A stretch of 64,000 nt of DNA from Hemiscyllium ocellatum. Lineage: Eukaryota. Position 1 is the first letter of the stretch. Each line of letters starts with the position of its first letter. The DNA is taken from contig NC_083409.1 of the NCBI RefSeq assembly GCF_020745735.1, positions 17,752,341 to 17,816,340 of the forward strand. The letters are read 5' to 3'. A program made the position numbers and the translations under genes. The notes under the pieces are model-generated. The model did no database searches. It was given only the letters and a program-made list of their open reading frames with translations, and was not told the origin of the DNA. Positions 35,933-46,551 of this stretch are shown in pieces.

Positions 35933-37411
35933 TTAACAGTTTACAGGTTTACCGGTGTCCGTTTGCTGCTGGTCCTGCCCTTCTGGGGTAGCTGCGTGCA
36001 TCCCTGTGGTGGCGGCAAACTGTTGGACCTTCGCAGGGCTGAGGTAACTGTCCAGCTCCGCGCTGGGGCCATTACCCCACTCTGTTGTCTTCGTGTCGGG
36101 CCCGTGGTCCGCACTGACCAGTTCTCCGTCTGACAGCAGGGCTGTCATAGGACCGCTGCTCCCAGATACCTGGAGCTGTGGGCCGGTGAGTACCTCCTGG
36201 TTCTCACCGGGTAGGGGGAGGCCATTACCCATCCCCTCAGAGGGATCGTCCTTTCCTTCCTGGGCGGTGCTGCCCTCCTTTCTCCTCACAACGCTCTGCC
36301 TCTTCCTCTGATGACGACCCTTCTTGCGCCCATCCTCACCATCGGAAGAGCTGCATGCGTCTTCGCCTTGTAGGTGTCGCTTTCCCCTTCGCTGGGTGGC
36401 TTTGGGGCCCCCAAGAGGTTTCCTCTTCCTGTTTTTTACTGTGATCCAGTCCTCTGCATCCTTTGATTCCTCCTCTTCCATTTCCTCTGACTGCATTGAC
36501 GGAGCTTGGATCGGCTGCTGCACCTCCCCGCTGTCTGCCGTCTGCTCCGCTACTGCCTGCTCTTCCTTCTGGGTGCCTCCAGGCACCGTTTCCACGCTAT
36601 TTTCATTTGCCTTCCTCGCCTTTGTTGGTCCGCGGCTCGTATTCGTGTTGCTACCTCCGGCCATCTGTGCGTAGGTAGCGGCTCCTCGTCTTGGGCAGGC
36701 CTTGTACATGTGGCCCGCCTCTCCGCACAGGTTACAGTTCTTGGCCTCCTTACAATCCTTGGTCAGGTGGCCTTCCTGCTTGCAATTTCGGCATACGGTC
36801 ACCTTGCAGTCGGCCGCCATGTGGCCTGACCTCCCGCAGGTTCGGCACACCTTCGGCTGCCCTGCGTACGTCAGGTAGCCTCTGCTCCCTCCAATTGCGA
36901 AGCTGGAGGGTGGGTGGAGGATGTTCCCGCTGCCATCGACCCTCAGGGTTACCTTGACCTGTCTTTTACTTGTCCAGATCCCGAAAGGATCAACGACATC
37001 AGTGCTTTCTCCTTCAACCTGGACATACCTCTTCAAGAAGGTGAGAACATCTGCCGCTGGGACGTAGGGGTTGTACATTTGGATTGTAACAACCCGACTC
37101 CTCTGCGCAGGAAGCACACACAACAGGACCGCCGACAAGATGGAGAACAGAGGTTCCCCTTCCTTCTCCTTGAAGACCTTCAGGAGCTGCTCACAATGCT
37201 TCACGCTCCTGAAGGTCACGTCGAAGTAGCCTGCCCCAGGGAAATCCTGCAGGCAGTACACATCCTCTGCTGCAAACCCACAGCACTCCAACAACACCTT
37301 CTTCACAAACACCGTCCGATCGACCGGTGTGTGCTCCTCCACCTTCTTCACAGTCACCCTGACTGTGTTGCGAATGCCCTGGCCAGGGCTGCGAACGGCT
37401 GCTGAGGCCAT
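35933..37411 (-). CDS. Tx1 ORF1p (492 aa; ZCCHC3-like N-terminus, three CCHC zinc knuckles)
   Basis: ATG at 37411 (MASAAVRSPGQG); CRTCGRSGHMAADC, CRNCKQEGHLTKDC, CNLCGEAGHMYKAC. Confidence 0.9.
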   Translation of the reverse strand: MASAAVRSPGQGIRNTVRVTVKKVEEHTPVDRTVFVKKVLLECCGFAAEDVYCLQDFPGAGYFDVTFRSVKHCEQLLKVFKEKEGEPLFSILSAVLLCVLPAQRSRVVTIQMYNPYVPAADVLTFLKRYVQVEGESTDVVDPFGIWTSKRQVKVTLRVDGSGNILHPPSSFAIGGSRGYLTYAGQPKVCRTCGRSGHMAADCKVTVCRNCKQEGHLTKDCKEAKNCNLCGEAGHMYKACPRRGAATYAQMAGGSNTNTSRGPTKARKANENSVETVPGGTQKEEQAVAEQTADSGEVQQPIQAPSMQSEEMEEEESKDAEDWITVKNRKRKPLGGPKATQRRGKRHLQGEDACSSSDGEDGRKKGRHQRKRQSVVRRKEGSTAQEGKDDPSEGMGNGLPLPGENQEVLTGPQLQVSGSSGPMTALLSDGELVSADHGPDTKTTEWGNGPSAELDSYLSPAKVQQFAATTGMHAATPEGQDQQQTDTGKPVNC

Positions 37412-38989
37412 AGCTCTGAGGTTGGCTGATACCTGAATTGGCGTTAGGCCGAAGCCAGCATAAAGATCCACCAAGAGCAGGTCAGCACAACCAAATGATC
37501 CTCCAGCGGCCAATCACGATCCAGCGATGGTCTCCAGCAGCTCCAACGACTCGCAACACGAACCCCTTGGTTTTTCTCCCGCCAGCGCACTTCCGCAGCG
37601 TCGAACCCGCAGCTCTCGAGCAGAATCTCTTCCTCTGGACCTCAGGAACTACACATATTCCAAGCCAAAAGGCCACGATGAGGCCTTATTAGATTACAAC
37701 TAACGTAATGTGGCCTTCCAACATGAAAAGGTTCCCCACCTCTGAAACAGACCATTCAGCCCAAGTTCACTTCACCTTTCAGTAAGCTTATGGGTTATCT
37801 GATAATCTGCAACTCCACTTTCCTGCCTGTTCACATAACCTTCTATTTTCTTACTGAACAAAAATTAATTTTAGCTTTGAATATGTTTAGCTTCCCAGCC
37901 CTGACAATCTTGTGATAAAGAATTCCACAGATTCACTGCCCTGAGAAGGAACTCCTCCAAACTGGTTTCAAATGAGCGACCCCTTACTCTGAGTTTATGC
38001 CCTCTGGCCCTAGACTTTATCACAAAGGTGAAACATTCTCTCAGCATCTACCCTGTCAAGTCTTCTAAAAATTCCTTATGTTTCAATGAGGGTCCCTCTC
38101 ATTCTTTTAAACTCCAATCAATACGAGTCTAACTTATTCAACCTGTCATTAGAAAATCCCTCCATCCACAGAACTAACAGTGAACTTTTACTGGATTATC
38201 TCAAATACCAGTATATTTTTCCTCAGATAAGGGGATCAAACTCTTCATGGTATTTTAGGTTTGATTTTAGGTATAATTTTAGCAAGACCTCTCTATTTTT
38301 ACACACTGCTCCCTTTGAAATAAAGACCAACAGCACTTTGCCTTCACTATTACCTGCTGAGCTCAGCCTCTCCATTTATATGAATTCATTTTAAATGAAT
38401 CAGCCACCAGAAGAATAATTCCATCTGAATAACAATAGAAATAGGTTAGCAAATGCAAAAACCATGAACTCATCACAAAGCAGGCATCAGAACAGCATCA
38501 AACATGAAACACCTTTCCATCGTAGATCTGTATGTTTCCTTCTTGTTGGGAAACAAAGAATTTGGGTTTTTTTGGGGGGGGGTGGGAATCTAGCAAATTA
38601 GATATTGCTGACAGAATCAAGGATGACCTATGTAGAAAGGAATCTGAAGCACTTTAAGACAGAGTAGGTGAGAATATCAGGTTTCCATCCATTAAAGACA
38701 TGAATAAACTAGTTGTTGCAACAATGCACATGCCGGCACAATCGTTTGTTTGGAGGAGCTCATAGATACTATAAATGCAGTGGTGCAAACTTCGGGCTGC
38801 TAGTCTAGGAAATAAAGTAACTAGTATGGAATATATGGAAGTTAATTTGGCAGTTATGTCATTAATTTAGTGGAGTAATGCATGCATAGGGTTATGTTAC
38901 AGGGCTCAGGTAACAGATAATGGTAGCACACTCTGATATAGGCCAGTTAAATCACACGATAGATGAGCTAATGCTAAAGACTATGGTGG

Positions 38990-39270
38990 TGTAATGTGAT
39001 AGGTTAAATGTAAGCGGTAGACCAGTGTGTCAGACGATGATTAGTTTAGAGAGACAAAGCAAGCTAGTATGATTGGTTATGCTAATGCTATCAGATTAGT
39101 GTAGAAACTAGGGCAGTATAAACTGGAGAGACTTCAGGAGGAGGGTGGGCAGACAGGACATACAGTTTTTGATTGCCACAGCTTGTATTTGCAAATAAAA
39201 GTTTAACTTCATCAAGGATTTTCTGCATCTCCTGGTAATTTTCTTAGAGTAGTGGATGTTCTTTCCACCA
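38990..39270 (+). mobile_element. Possible solo-LTR-like segment
   Basis: TATAAA at ~39117, AATAAA at ~39194, ends ..ccaccaCA; no TSD found and 5' boundary uncertain. Confidence 0.3.
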
Positions 39271-39717
39271 CACCCCTCACAATCTCAGTCTCTTGTTTGA
39301 AATCTAGAATGAATCATTAATCTCTGGGAGAATGTCCTCTTTGGCAACATTGAGTGTGAAGGTCAATGACACTCTCATTGTGACTTGATCTGGGTTGTCT
39401 CCAGTTAGTTTGTGCTTTGGTTCTGGGCCCAGACAGGACTGAAAATGGGAACAGGCAGGCCCCAGTATTTCACCTTTGAGACTGGCAACAAGACAGCAAA
39501 ATCCCCCAGGGACAAATGCCTGGCCCTTGCTTTAACTGTTGAAATGTGGCCAATGGGGAGTAATGTACATCTGTGCTGACGTTGGGAATAGACATGTTTT
39601 CATCCTATCTAAAGGAAAATCTACTAATATGCATTGATTCTTCATTGTGCTTTTAATATGATCCACGATTTTGGAGCCTTGTGGGAACATTGAAGACTTT
39701 TAACCTCAAGGGGGCAG

Positions 39718-40050
39718 TGTTATAGTAATGTTACTTTGTCCAATCAATCTGACAATTATCAATATGTTTGTCTCATGCTGAAGAAACTGATACTGTTTCT
39801 AAAGTAGGAGGCAAGTAGATGCAGCTGTCAACCAGGCAGCCTTACACCCCAAACTTCTGATCCCATTGGGTCCCTAGCAAAACCCGGTTAGACACAGTAT
39901 AAGGACGTGTGTGCCAGACCTGGGTAAGGTGCAGAAATCATGGAGGAATGAGACTGTCTGTTCAGTACCAATTCACAATGTAGAGGTTGATTTCTGTATT
40001 GCTTACTGACTGTCATCATACCAGTTTAGATTGGGTAAATAAGGTTAAAA
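39718..40050 (+). mobile_element. Possible LTR fragment preceded by polypurine tract
   Basis: aagggggcag|TGttatag junction; TATAAG at ~39898; 3' end not defined. Confidence 0.35.
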
Positions 40051-41364
40051 TGAAAATAGAAGCAAGGAGATCAAGTACAGAAGGGAAGAGAATGATGCAA
40101 AAAGAAGAATAAAGCAGCAGAGTACAGTTTTTAAAATGTCTTAGTCACTTGTTGCGTTCCCACCATGAATTAGAGATAATGATTATTTTATTTATTATTT
40201 TATAATAATATGTTATAATATTTATAATAATCAATTATATTAGCCCAAATCAAAATTATTTGATGGGGTCGCTTGTTTTTATCCCTTTACACATTGTCAG
40301 TGACCTGTCCCATTGCCTCATGGTTAATTTAAAACATGGCTGCATTAATTCATTGTTAATTAAAGAATGGAAAGCTACCTTCCTGGCTAGTTGAAGAAAT
40401 TCTGCATGTGATTGGGGTGTAGAGATATAGCAGATGGAACTCCCAATGTTTGGATTGTTTTCCATATTGTTTAGAAATTTGGGAGTAATTTGCAAATTTC
40501 CATTTCTGCAATAATTACAGGTACTTTATATTACAAGGTACTACTGACTGAATTATCAAGTGATTTAGTTTCATACGTAGACGCTAAGCCTAAATGTCTT
40601 TGCTTTGTGTATGGAGCTTATAAGAATGCACACTGGTTAATTTGATTTATCTTTGGATTGGGCTGTTAGATCGAAGAAAGTGTGTCTGCCTGAGCTATTA
40701 TCTTCACTTAAATATTTGATACTGAACAGTGATGGTTTATAATTTTAAGACCATACCAATGTCTAAATTCTAGGGTTAGTTCAATATTAGAAAATGTCAG
40801 TGTGGATTGAAAGCTTTGTGTCATGTTACCGTAATTTGGGGGCAGCATTGCCCTCCATGCAATATTCATCACCAACTTCTCTGCTCAAAATCCCCATCTG
40901 GTTTCTATACTGAATTCTAAATACTGTCAACTACAGCTGTAGCTCAGGCCATTTGATTGGGCTAAAGGTTAATGTTTGATTTTTTTTAGAGAATACAACA
41001 TATTGAAGTACTAATCTAAATTTTAGGTAATATTGATGTTTTTAGTAGTAAAACTTCAAGGAGAATTACATCTTAGCAAAGCTGAATTTATAAAAAATAG
41101 GTTTGCTTAATTCACCCATGCCTGGGCTCCTCCGTATAAAGTAAGAAAATAATGGGTAGGAAAGGAATCTCGAGTGCAGAGTTTAAAATGAATGAGCCTT
41201 TTGCCAGTGTGGGCAATATATTTACTCAAGTGGGCTATTTGAACTCGATTAATTTGAGAATTATTTATTTCAAAATTGCTCTTAGCCTGCTGAAGAGCAC
41301 AGATTACGGCCTCAAATAGGGTACTCCCTCAATACTCAAACCAGAATATGGGTGACTCTTACGA

Positions 41365-43202
41365 GATGAGTTTGTGTTCCTTCTTTGCTGCTGCCTATTT
41401 TAATTGATTATGTGTATATTGTATATACAAGGAGGAAATAGTTTATATTTTATTACAATGGACACTCCGCGGCCTCCTACCTTGCAAGGGGGAGATGATA
41501 AATATCGAACTTGACCTGCTGTGTGGACTTGCCATTGGCAGCATTGGTGCATAAGAAGGGACAGTTTACTTGTATGATCCTGAGCAAACAGAGACTGTGT
41601 ACCAACGACGCCAGGAAGATGTCCTTGTGTGCCGAGAAGCTGAATGTTACCAAGAATGACCATTGCAGTGATCAACTGCATCAAAAAGATTGAACAGTAA
41701 ATTTACAGAACAAGTCTAAATGGTCTTTACCCTGTAAAGATGTTGTGTGCCAGTTGATTACATTTGTACAATGGGCATCCCTGGTAAGCCTTGTCCCCTT
41801 TCAGATAGATCATGTTAAAATAGACAAAGGGGGGATGTTATCCTTCACTAGCAATATGTTTCTAACAACCCATAATAAAATATTTGGAGAGGATGAAGAA
41901 CTTTGTTATGCCCTTACTTCAGCAAGAGACTCCCTGACCCCTTTTATCCTTCCAACTCCTAACATGGGGGTATAGAATAGTTCTAAAGCATTTACAGGAT
42001 TATGGACTTCCTCCAATAAATCGGCAATATCCTGTCCAAATTGCTGCAATGGTAAGGGATGAGGAGAATGCACTTATGTAAAAGTGCCTAAAATTATCCC
42101 CTGTACTATGATTAAATGTATCAGTCATCACTGCTTCCTTGAAGGACCTTGCATCTCATGTGTATGCCTTAAGGAGAAAGGTGTCTCTATTACCACTGGT
42201 ATTCAAACCCTTTGTAAGGTGGGTAACAACACCCACCTTCGTTATGATACCCCTAATGGCACTAGTATTTTCCCAATTATTGGATGGGTAGACCTATTCT
42301 GGGATGTCGACCACGTCCCTTATCAAGAAACCCCCCTCATTCGACTAAATCATTTTCAGCCTTTACGTTCGGGGCCAAATGATGTAATCATGAATTACAC
42401 AGGTACTCCAGGAAGTTACAAAGATAGGCCCGATTCTTATTGGGAAGGTCCCTTCATTATCTATACTAAACCTGGATAGTATTTTTTCAGTTACAATAAG
42501 ACATATACCTACCTTGCCCTGAATAGAGCAGGTACACATCATGATGTAGCTGTAGGAACACTATTTCCAACTACTGTTCCCTGTCCAATTACCTGGCAAC
42601 AAGACTCAAATTCCCTGATTAAACATTCAGTTTCTCCTGACTTTTGTGCAGAATGGAAGAATGCAAGGGTTCTATCAAAAAATAAAACTCACTCATTGGC
42701 ATATGCAGCTCTTAGTGTTCTTTCTGTAGGAGGGTCTTCAGGAGTTATTAGTCATCAAAACTATAATTATCTCATTTGTGGACTCATGATTTCATGAAAT
42801 GAGACAACTGCTGCCCTAATAGAAATTAGGGACATGCTTTCAGAATTGTGCCTATTTACCCAACAAAACCACTGTGCTCTTGATTACATACTTGTGGAGG
42901 AAGGTGGAGTTTGCACCATAGTCAAAGGAAAGTGTATCATGGGGGTCACTAATTTCATCGAAAACATTACTAGACATATAGATAGCATCCGCACTTTTGT
43001 CAAACAAATGAATGAAGGTGCAGGATTGAGAGAATGGGGTTTTGGCTCATGGTACAACTGGCTAATCAATATGGCTATGTATGCTGCTATTGTTTTAGTT
43101 GGTCTTTTTGTTGGTATTGCTATTGTTAAGAGTATTATTGCTAAAATATTAATTTCTATTGACAACATTGGCTCCACCCAGAGAATGTTTCTTCTCCACT
43201 GA
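41365..43202 (+). pseudogene. env: Endogenous retrovirus env pseudogene (gamma/epsilon-type TM with ISD)
   Basis: One frame from ~42063 to 43202 with two internal stops (42477, 42795): heptad NETTAALIEIRDMLSEL, ISD QQNHCALDYILVEEGGVC, CX6C, TM helix WLINMAMYAAIVLVGLFVGIAIV. Upstream SU and signal part (from ~41365) is Cys-rich but more decayed and frameshifted. Confidence 0.85.
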
Positions 43203-43331
43203 GATGATGATGAGAAGCATCATCGCCTGCCCCTGATTCATCTTCGGAGGAAGAGAAAATACTGCAGTCTTTCACTGCCCTTGGATTGGATTAATTTGAT
43301 CCATCCCTTTATGGTGTGGTCATAGAATGAC

Positions 43332-44011
43332 AAAGAGGGGAATGAGGATCTAAAATTTGAATTTATGTTATTGTCAGAATCAACAAATATATGTAGATTT
43401 TTATTAACCACAAAATGAATTTTCAATTTAAAATAACACAACAACATGGCTGAAAGTAATGATTTGACTCTTGTGAACTTGTGCTGCTGCTTTGCTGTGT
43501 TAAGCTAAATACAAGTTAAGAGAATACAATGGATTTTTCAGAATAGGAATTATAAGACAGTGATTTGGTATTTGAACTAATCCTGAACTAGCAAACCCGG
43601 GGTGATTCTGTGCATATAACAATCTGTTTCCCAGGGAATATCATTGGACTGACCTGTTGGCAATCATATCACTTTATTATAGTTGATCGAACTTTTCTTG
43701 TAATTAAGAACCCTTTCCCAGGAAATATCATGCTGTAAATCATGTCAACTTATTATATGTGATTGGTCTTTTCTTGTAATTAAGGCTGTCCTATCTCTTA
43801 AAAAACCATATAAATAATGTGTAATTTTTGAATATAATTGTGCCATTTCTCCATGGAACGCAGAAGCTTTCAACCTCCGTGTCGCTGGACAAATCTGCGC
43901 CAGGCTGCCTTAATTTATTAAACTGGCAACATTGCTTTAACCAGACCGTACTCCTAGTGATTCTTTTGACCGATTATGAGACCGAGGGGTCCTGTAAAGG
44001 GGTCTACATCA
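43332..44011 (+). mobile_element. ERV polypurine tract and 3' LTR
   Basis: PPT aaagagggggaa (43332-43343) then TG; internal ~50-bp duplicated U3 block; TATAAAT 43809-43815; ATTAAA 43917-43922; probable end ..tctacatCA near 44011. Confidence 0.7.
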
Positions 44012-44999
44012 TCATTGGGATCTGAACAAGAAAAAACCCATGAAACTCAATGTCATGTTCATGAATGTTCTTTGGGCAAGGGAACCCAGTCATCATCCGG
44101 TCTGTGACTCCAGTCTCACACTGACCCAATCAATTCTTAACGGCTCCATGATCTGGTTCAGCAAAGAACGCAGTCCGAGCAGCTGGAGCTGGGCAATACA
44201 TTTGAGGCTTATCACTGGCATTCATGCCCTGAGAAGGAATAATGTCTGCCTTTTAGCCTCTGAGGCACCACACTCTCATTGTTCTGGGTCTCTAATCCTC
44301 TCACATTAATTCATTAAGTGATGGCAATATGCAAAGAGCTTTTATTTTGAACTCTAAGTTCTCTTTTCCCCGTGATTCTCTCCTCTTCACCCCCACCCAA
44401 AAAAGCTTTGCTGTGCAGAGTGAGAGCTCTCTGTGTTCTCTGAGGCCTCGCTCTGTCTCTGTCTGCCTCCCTTCCAACTGAAGACAAAACGTATGTTTCC
44501 AAAACCCTGTGGTGATAAGAAGACAGCTGAGAAAAATAATGTAACGAGAGTTGAGTTGCGTTTGTTAAAGAAAATAATGTTTGTTTTGAAATTATATTTC
44601 TGTCAGTGAGTGACAAAGGAAAGATGGGGGTCCAGGATTGCTGCAGCCACTGCCAGAACATAGGGCCCAGGAGCAGGAGCAGGCCTTTTGGGAGCTGCTG
44701 TGCCAATGAAGAAGATCACTGCTCATCTGGGTGTGGTCTCAGCTGCACTTTCTGCTTGTCCCAATTCCCCCATTATACTGAACTGCCATGTTCATCAAAA
44801 ATCTGTCTACCTCAACCTTGAGTAAACTCAATGACCCAACCTCCATTCCCATGTAGAGAAGAGAATCCCACAGACTGTCAATCCTCAGCCATCAAAACAA
44901 AACTTCCTGGTTTTAAACGGGAGACTGCTTTGTGTTAAATTGACCCTCTAGTTCTTGTCTGCACTACAACAGGAACCATCCTCTCAGTATCCAGCCTGT

Positions 45000-46010
45000 C
45001 ATGTCACCTTCAGACCTGAAACTGTTAATGAGAATAAACAGGTTGCATAAGTGAGGCTTTTCCTCTGGAAATGATTAACAATGTTGATGTAAACTGTTTT
45101 CTCCAGTGCCAGAGTTCAGAACAAGAGGGTTGTTTAAATTAAAATTAGGATGATTTCAGGAAAAACTCCTTCTGAAAAAGTGTGAAAATCCGGAACTCGC
45201 AATTGGAAAAGCTGTCAAGGCCAGGGTTCGATGTTCGTTCGCTCAGGACAGTAAGGTTTACAGAACTAAGGGGGAATGTATTCCAGGTTAGCCATGGCCT
45301 AACTGACTGGGGAATTTGGTCAAAACAGATGATAATTTATTTAAACTAAATGTTAACAACAAATCTATGTTAACCTGAGTGTACAAGGCATAATTTCAAA
45401 GTTTTCTGATGATATAAAACTTTGAAGTATTGTGGCTTATGAAGAAGATAGTGTCGAACTTCAAAAAGGATGTCGGTAAGATAATGGAATGAGCAGATGA
45501 TTGCAGATACAATTTAATGGGAAGAGATGTTAGTGATTCATTTTGGAAGGAAAATGTGGTGAGACAAATCAAACTAAAGGATCCAAATATGGATAGCTGT
45601 AGGGGCAGTAGGACCTGGATGCTTATGTGCATTAGTCACTGAAGGTGTCAGCACAGGCAGCTGTTTTCATGAGAGAGCAGCTGATAAAGCAAATGCCATA
45701 TCAACATTTGCATAGAATACAGTCTGGATGTGAAAAAAATGTTACGTTTTCGGGGGTAATACAAAACTAAAATAAGTTCCCTCATTTAAGAATGAGAAAA
45801 GCAGAATTCTTTGTCTTGCGTACAGTCATAGGTCTTTGAAACTCTTGTTCAAAAGGTCAACTGAAATCTCTGAATACGTGTAATGAAGAATTAGACAGCC
45901 TTTCAGCCCTTGCTTATCAGTAATCTATCAGAGTTAGGCAAGAATGTGGAATAATCAGATCCACCATGTGGAACAGGATCAAGAGGATGAATCTCCTTCA
46001 TCTGTCCATA
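45000..46010. mobile_element. Decayed CR1 fragments
   Basis: Residual CR1 motifs (aagttttctgatgatataaaac, caaatgccatatcaacatt, gaataatcagatccaccatg). Confidence 0.5.
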
Positions 46011-46196
46011 ATTCGTATAATTGTGTGTCTCTAAAAGCCAGGAAGATGTGCTCAGCTATATGACAAGTTGGTTTGGCCTCAACTGATGTATTAAGTCCAG
46101 TTCCACCGTTGAAAGAGCAGCCCCTTGAAAACATGTGGGTGCAAATGGAAGGGGACTTTACCCATAATCCTCAGCAGCAGGGCAAGCGCTGTTTCG

Positions 46197-46210
46197 CCAC
46201 TAGAGGGCAG
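46197..46210 (+). promoter_or_regulatory. Candidate CTCF binding site with adjacent kB-like and E-box motifs
   Basis: CCACTAGAGGGCAG matches CCASYAGRKGGCRS at all 14 positions; GGGGACTTTAC at 46151-46161; E-boxes CATGTG (~46132), CAAATG (46142) and CAGCTG (46208). Confidence 0.55.
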
Positions 46211-46551
46211 CTGCTTCACTGTCCTTGATCAGTAAAAAATAAAGTGGGACTCTGCTTGGAGCAAACAGGCTCAATCTGCAGAGACCCATAGAGAGACAGT
46301 GCAGCTTTAGAAGTAGGGTACTGAGGGCACCACAATGAAAATGTCCCCTGTGATAAGAAAAGTACTTTGGTGTAACTTGTTTGTTGTTTTGTTCATTCGG
46401 TGATACAAATGTACAATATCAGTATCGAGGGGCACAAAGTATATTTCCTCCTCAAACCCCTTTCCAACACACCCTCTCCATCTTGCTTTACTCCTTATTG
46501 ACTCTTCTACAATTGTCCCTGTTCCCTCACTCCGTCCCGGTCCCAGAGGGA

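Larger units (their letters stand above)
32293..37676 (-). mobile_element. Full-length Tx1/L1-clade non-LTR retrotransposon copy B with intact ORFs
   Basis: ~265-nt 5' UTR, ORF1, TAA-A-ATG junction, ORF2, AATAAA at 32316-32321, 9-nt A tail; TSD gatgaggccttatt at 37677-37690 and 27317-27330. Confidence 0.95.
26847..37744. mobile_element. hAT-type MITE (~540 bp) split by the Tx1 insertion
   Basis: TIRs caggggtggggaacct (26847) / aggttccccacctctg (ends 37744); 8-bp flanks aaacagag / aaacagac (7/8 match). Confidence 0.8.

Noticed and set aside
27513-37692. Many overlapping antisense and alternate-frame ORFs over the Tx1 elements
   Set aside because: Shadow ORFs of GC-rich coding sequence with no independent features.
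39405-39445. FGSG-like text as a J segment
   Set aside because: Continues PRQD*, has no RSS or donor, and the motif is not shared by the other two copies of the repeat.
44606-44821. Cys-rich short ORF and the opposite-strand signal-peptide-like ORF
   Set aside because: Non-ATG ORF-track starts, no family match, and the 3' part runs into a CR1 tail.
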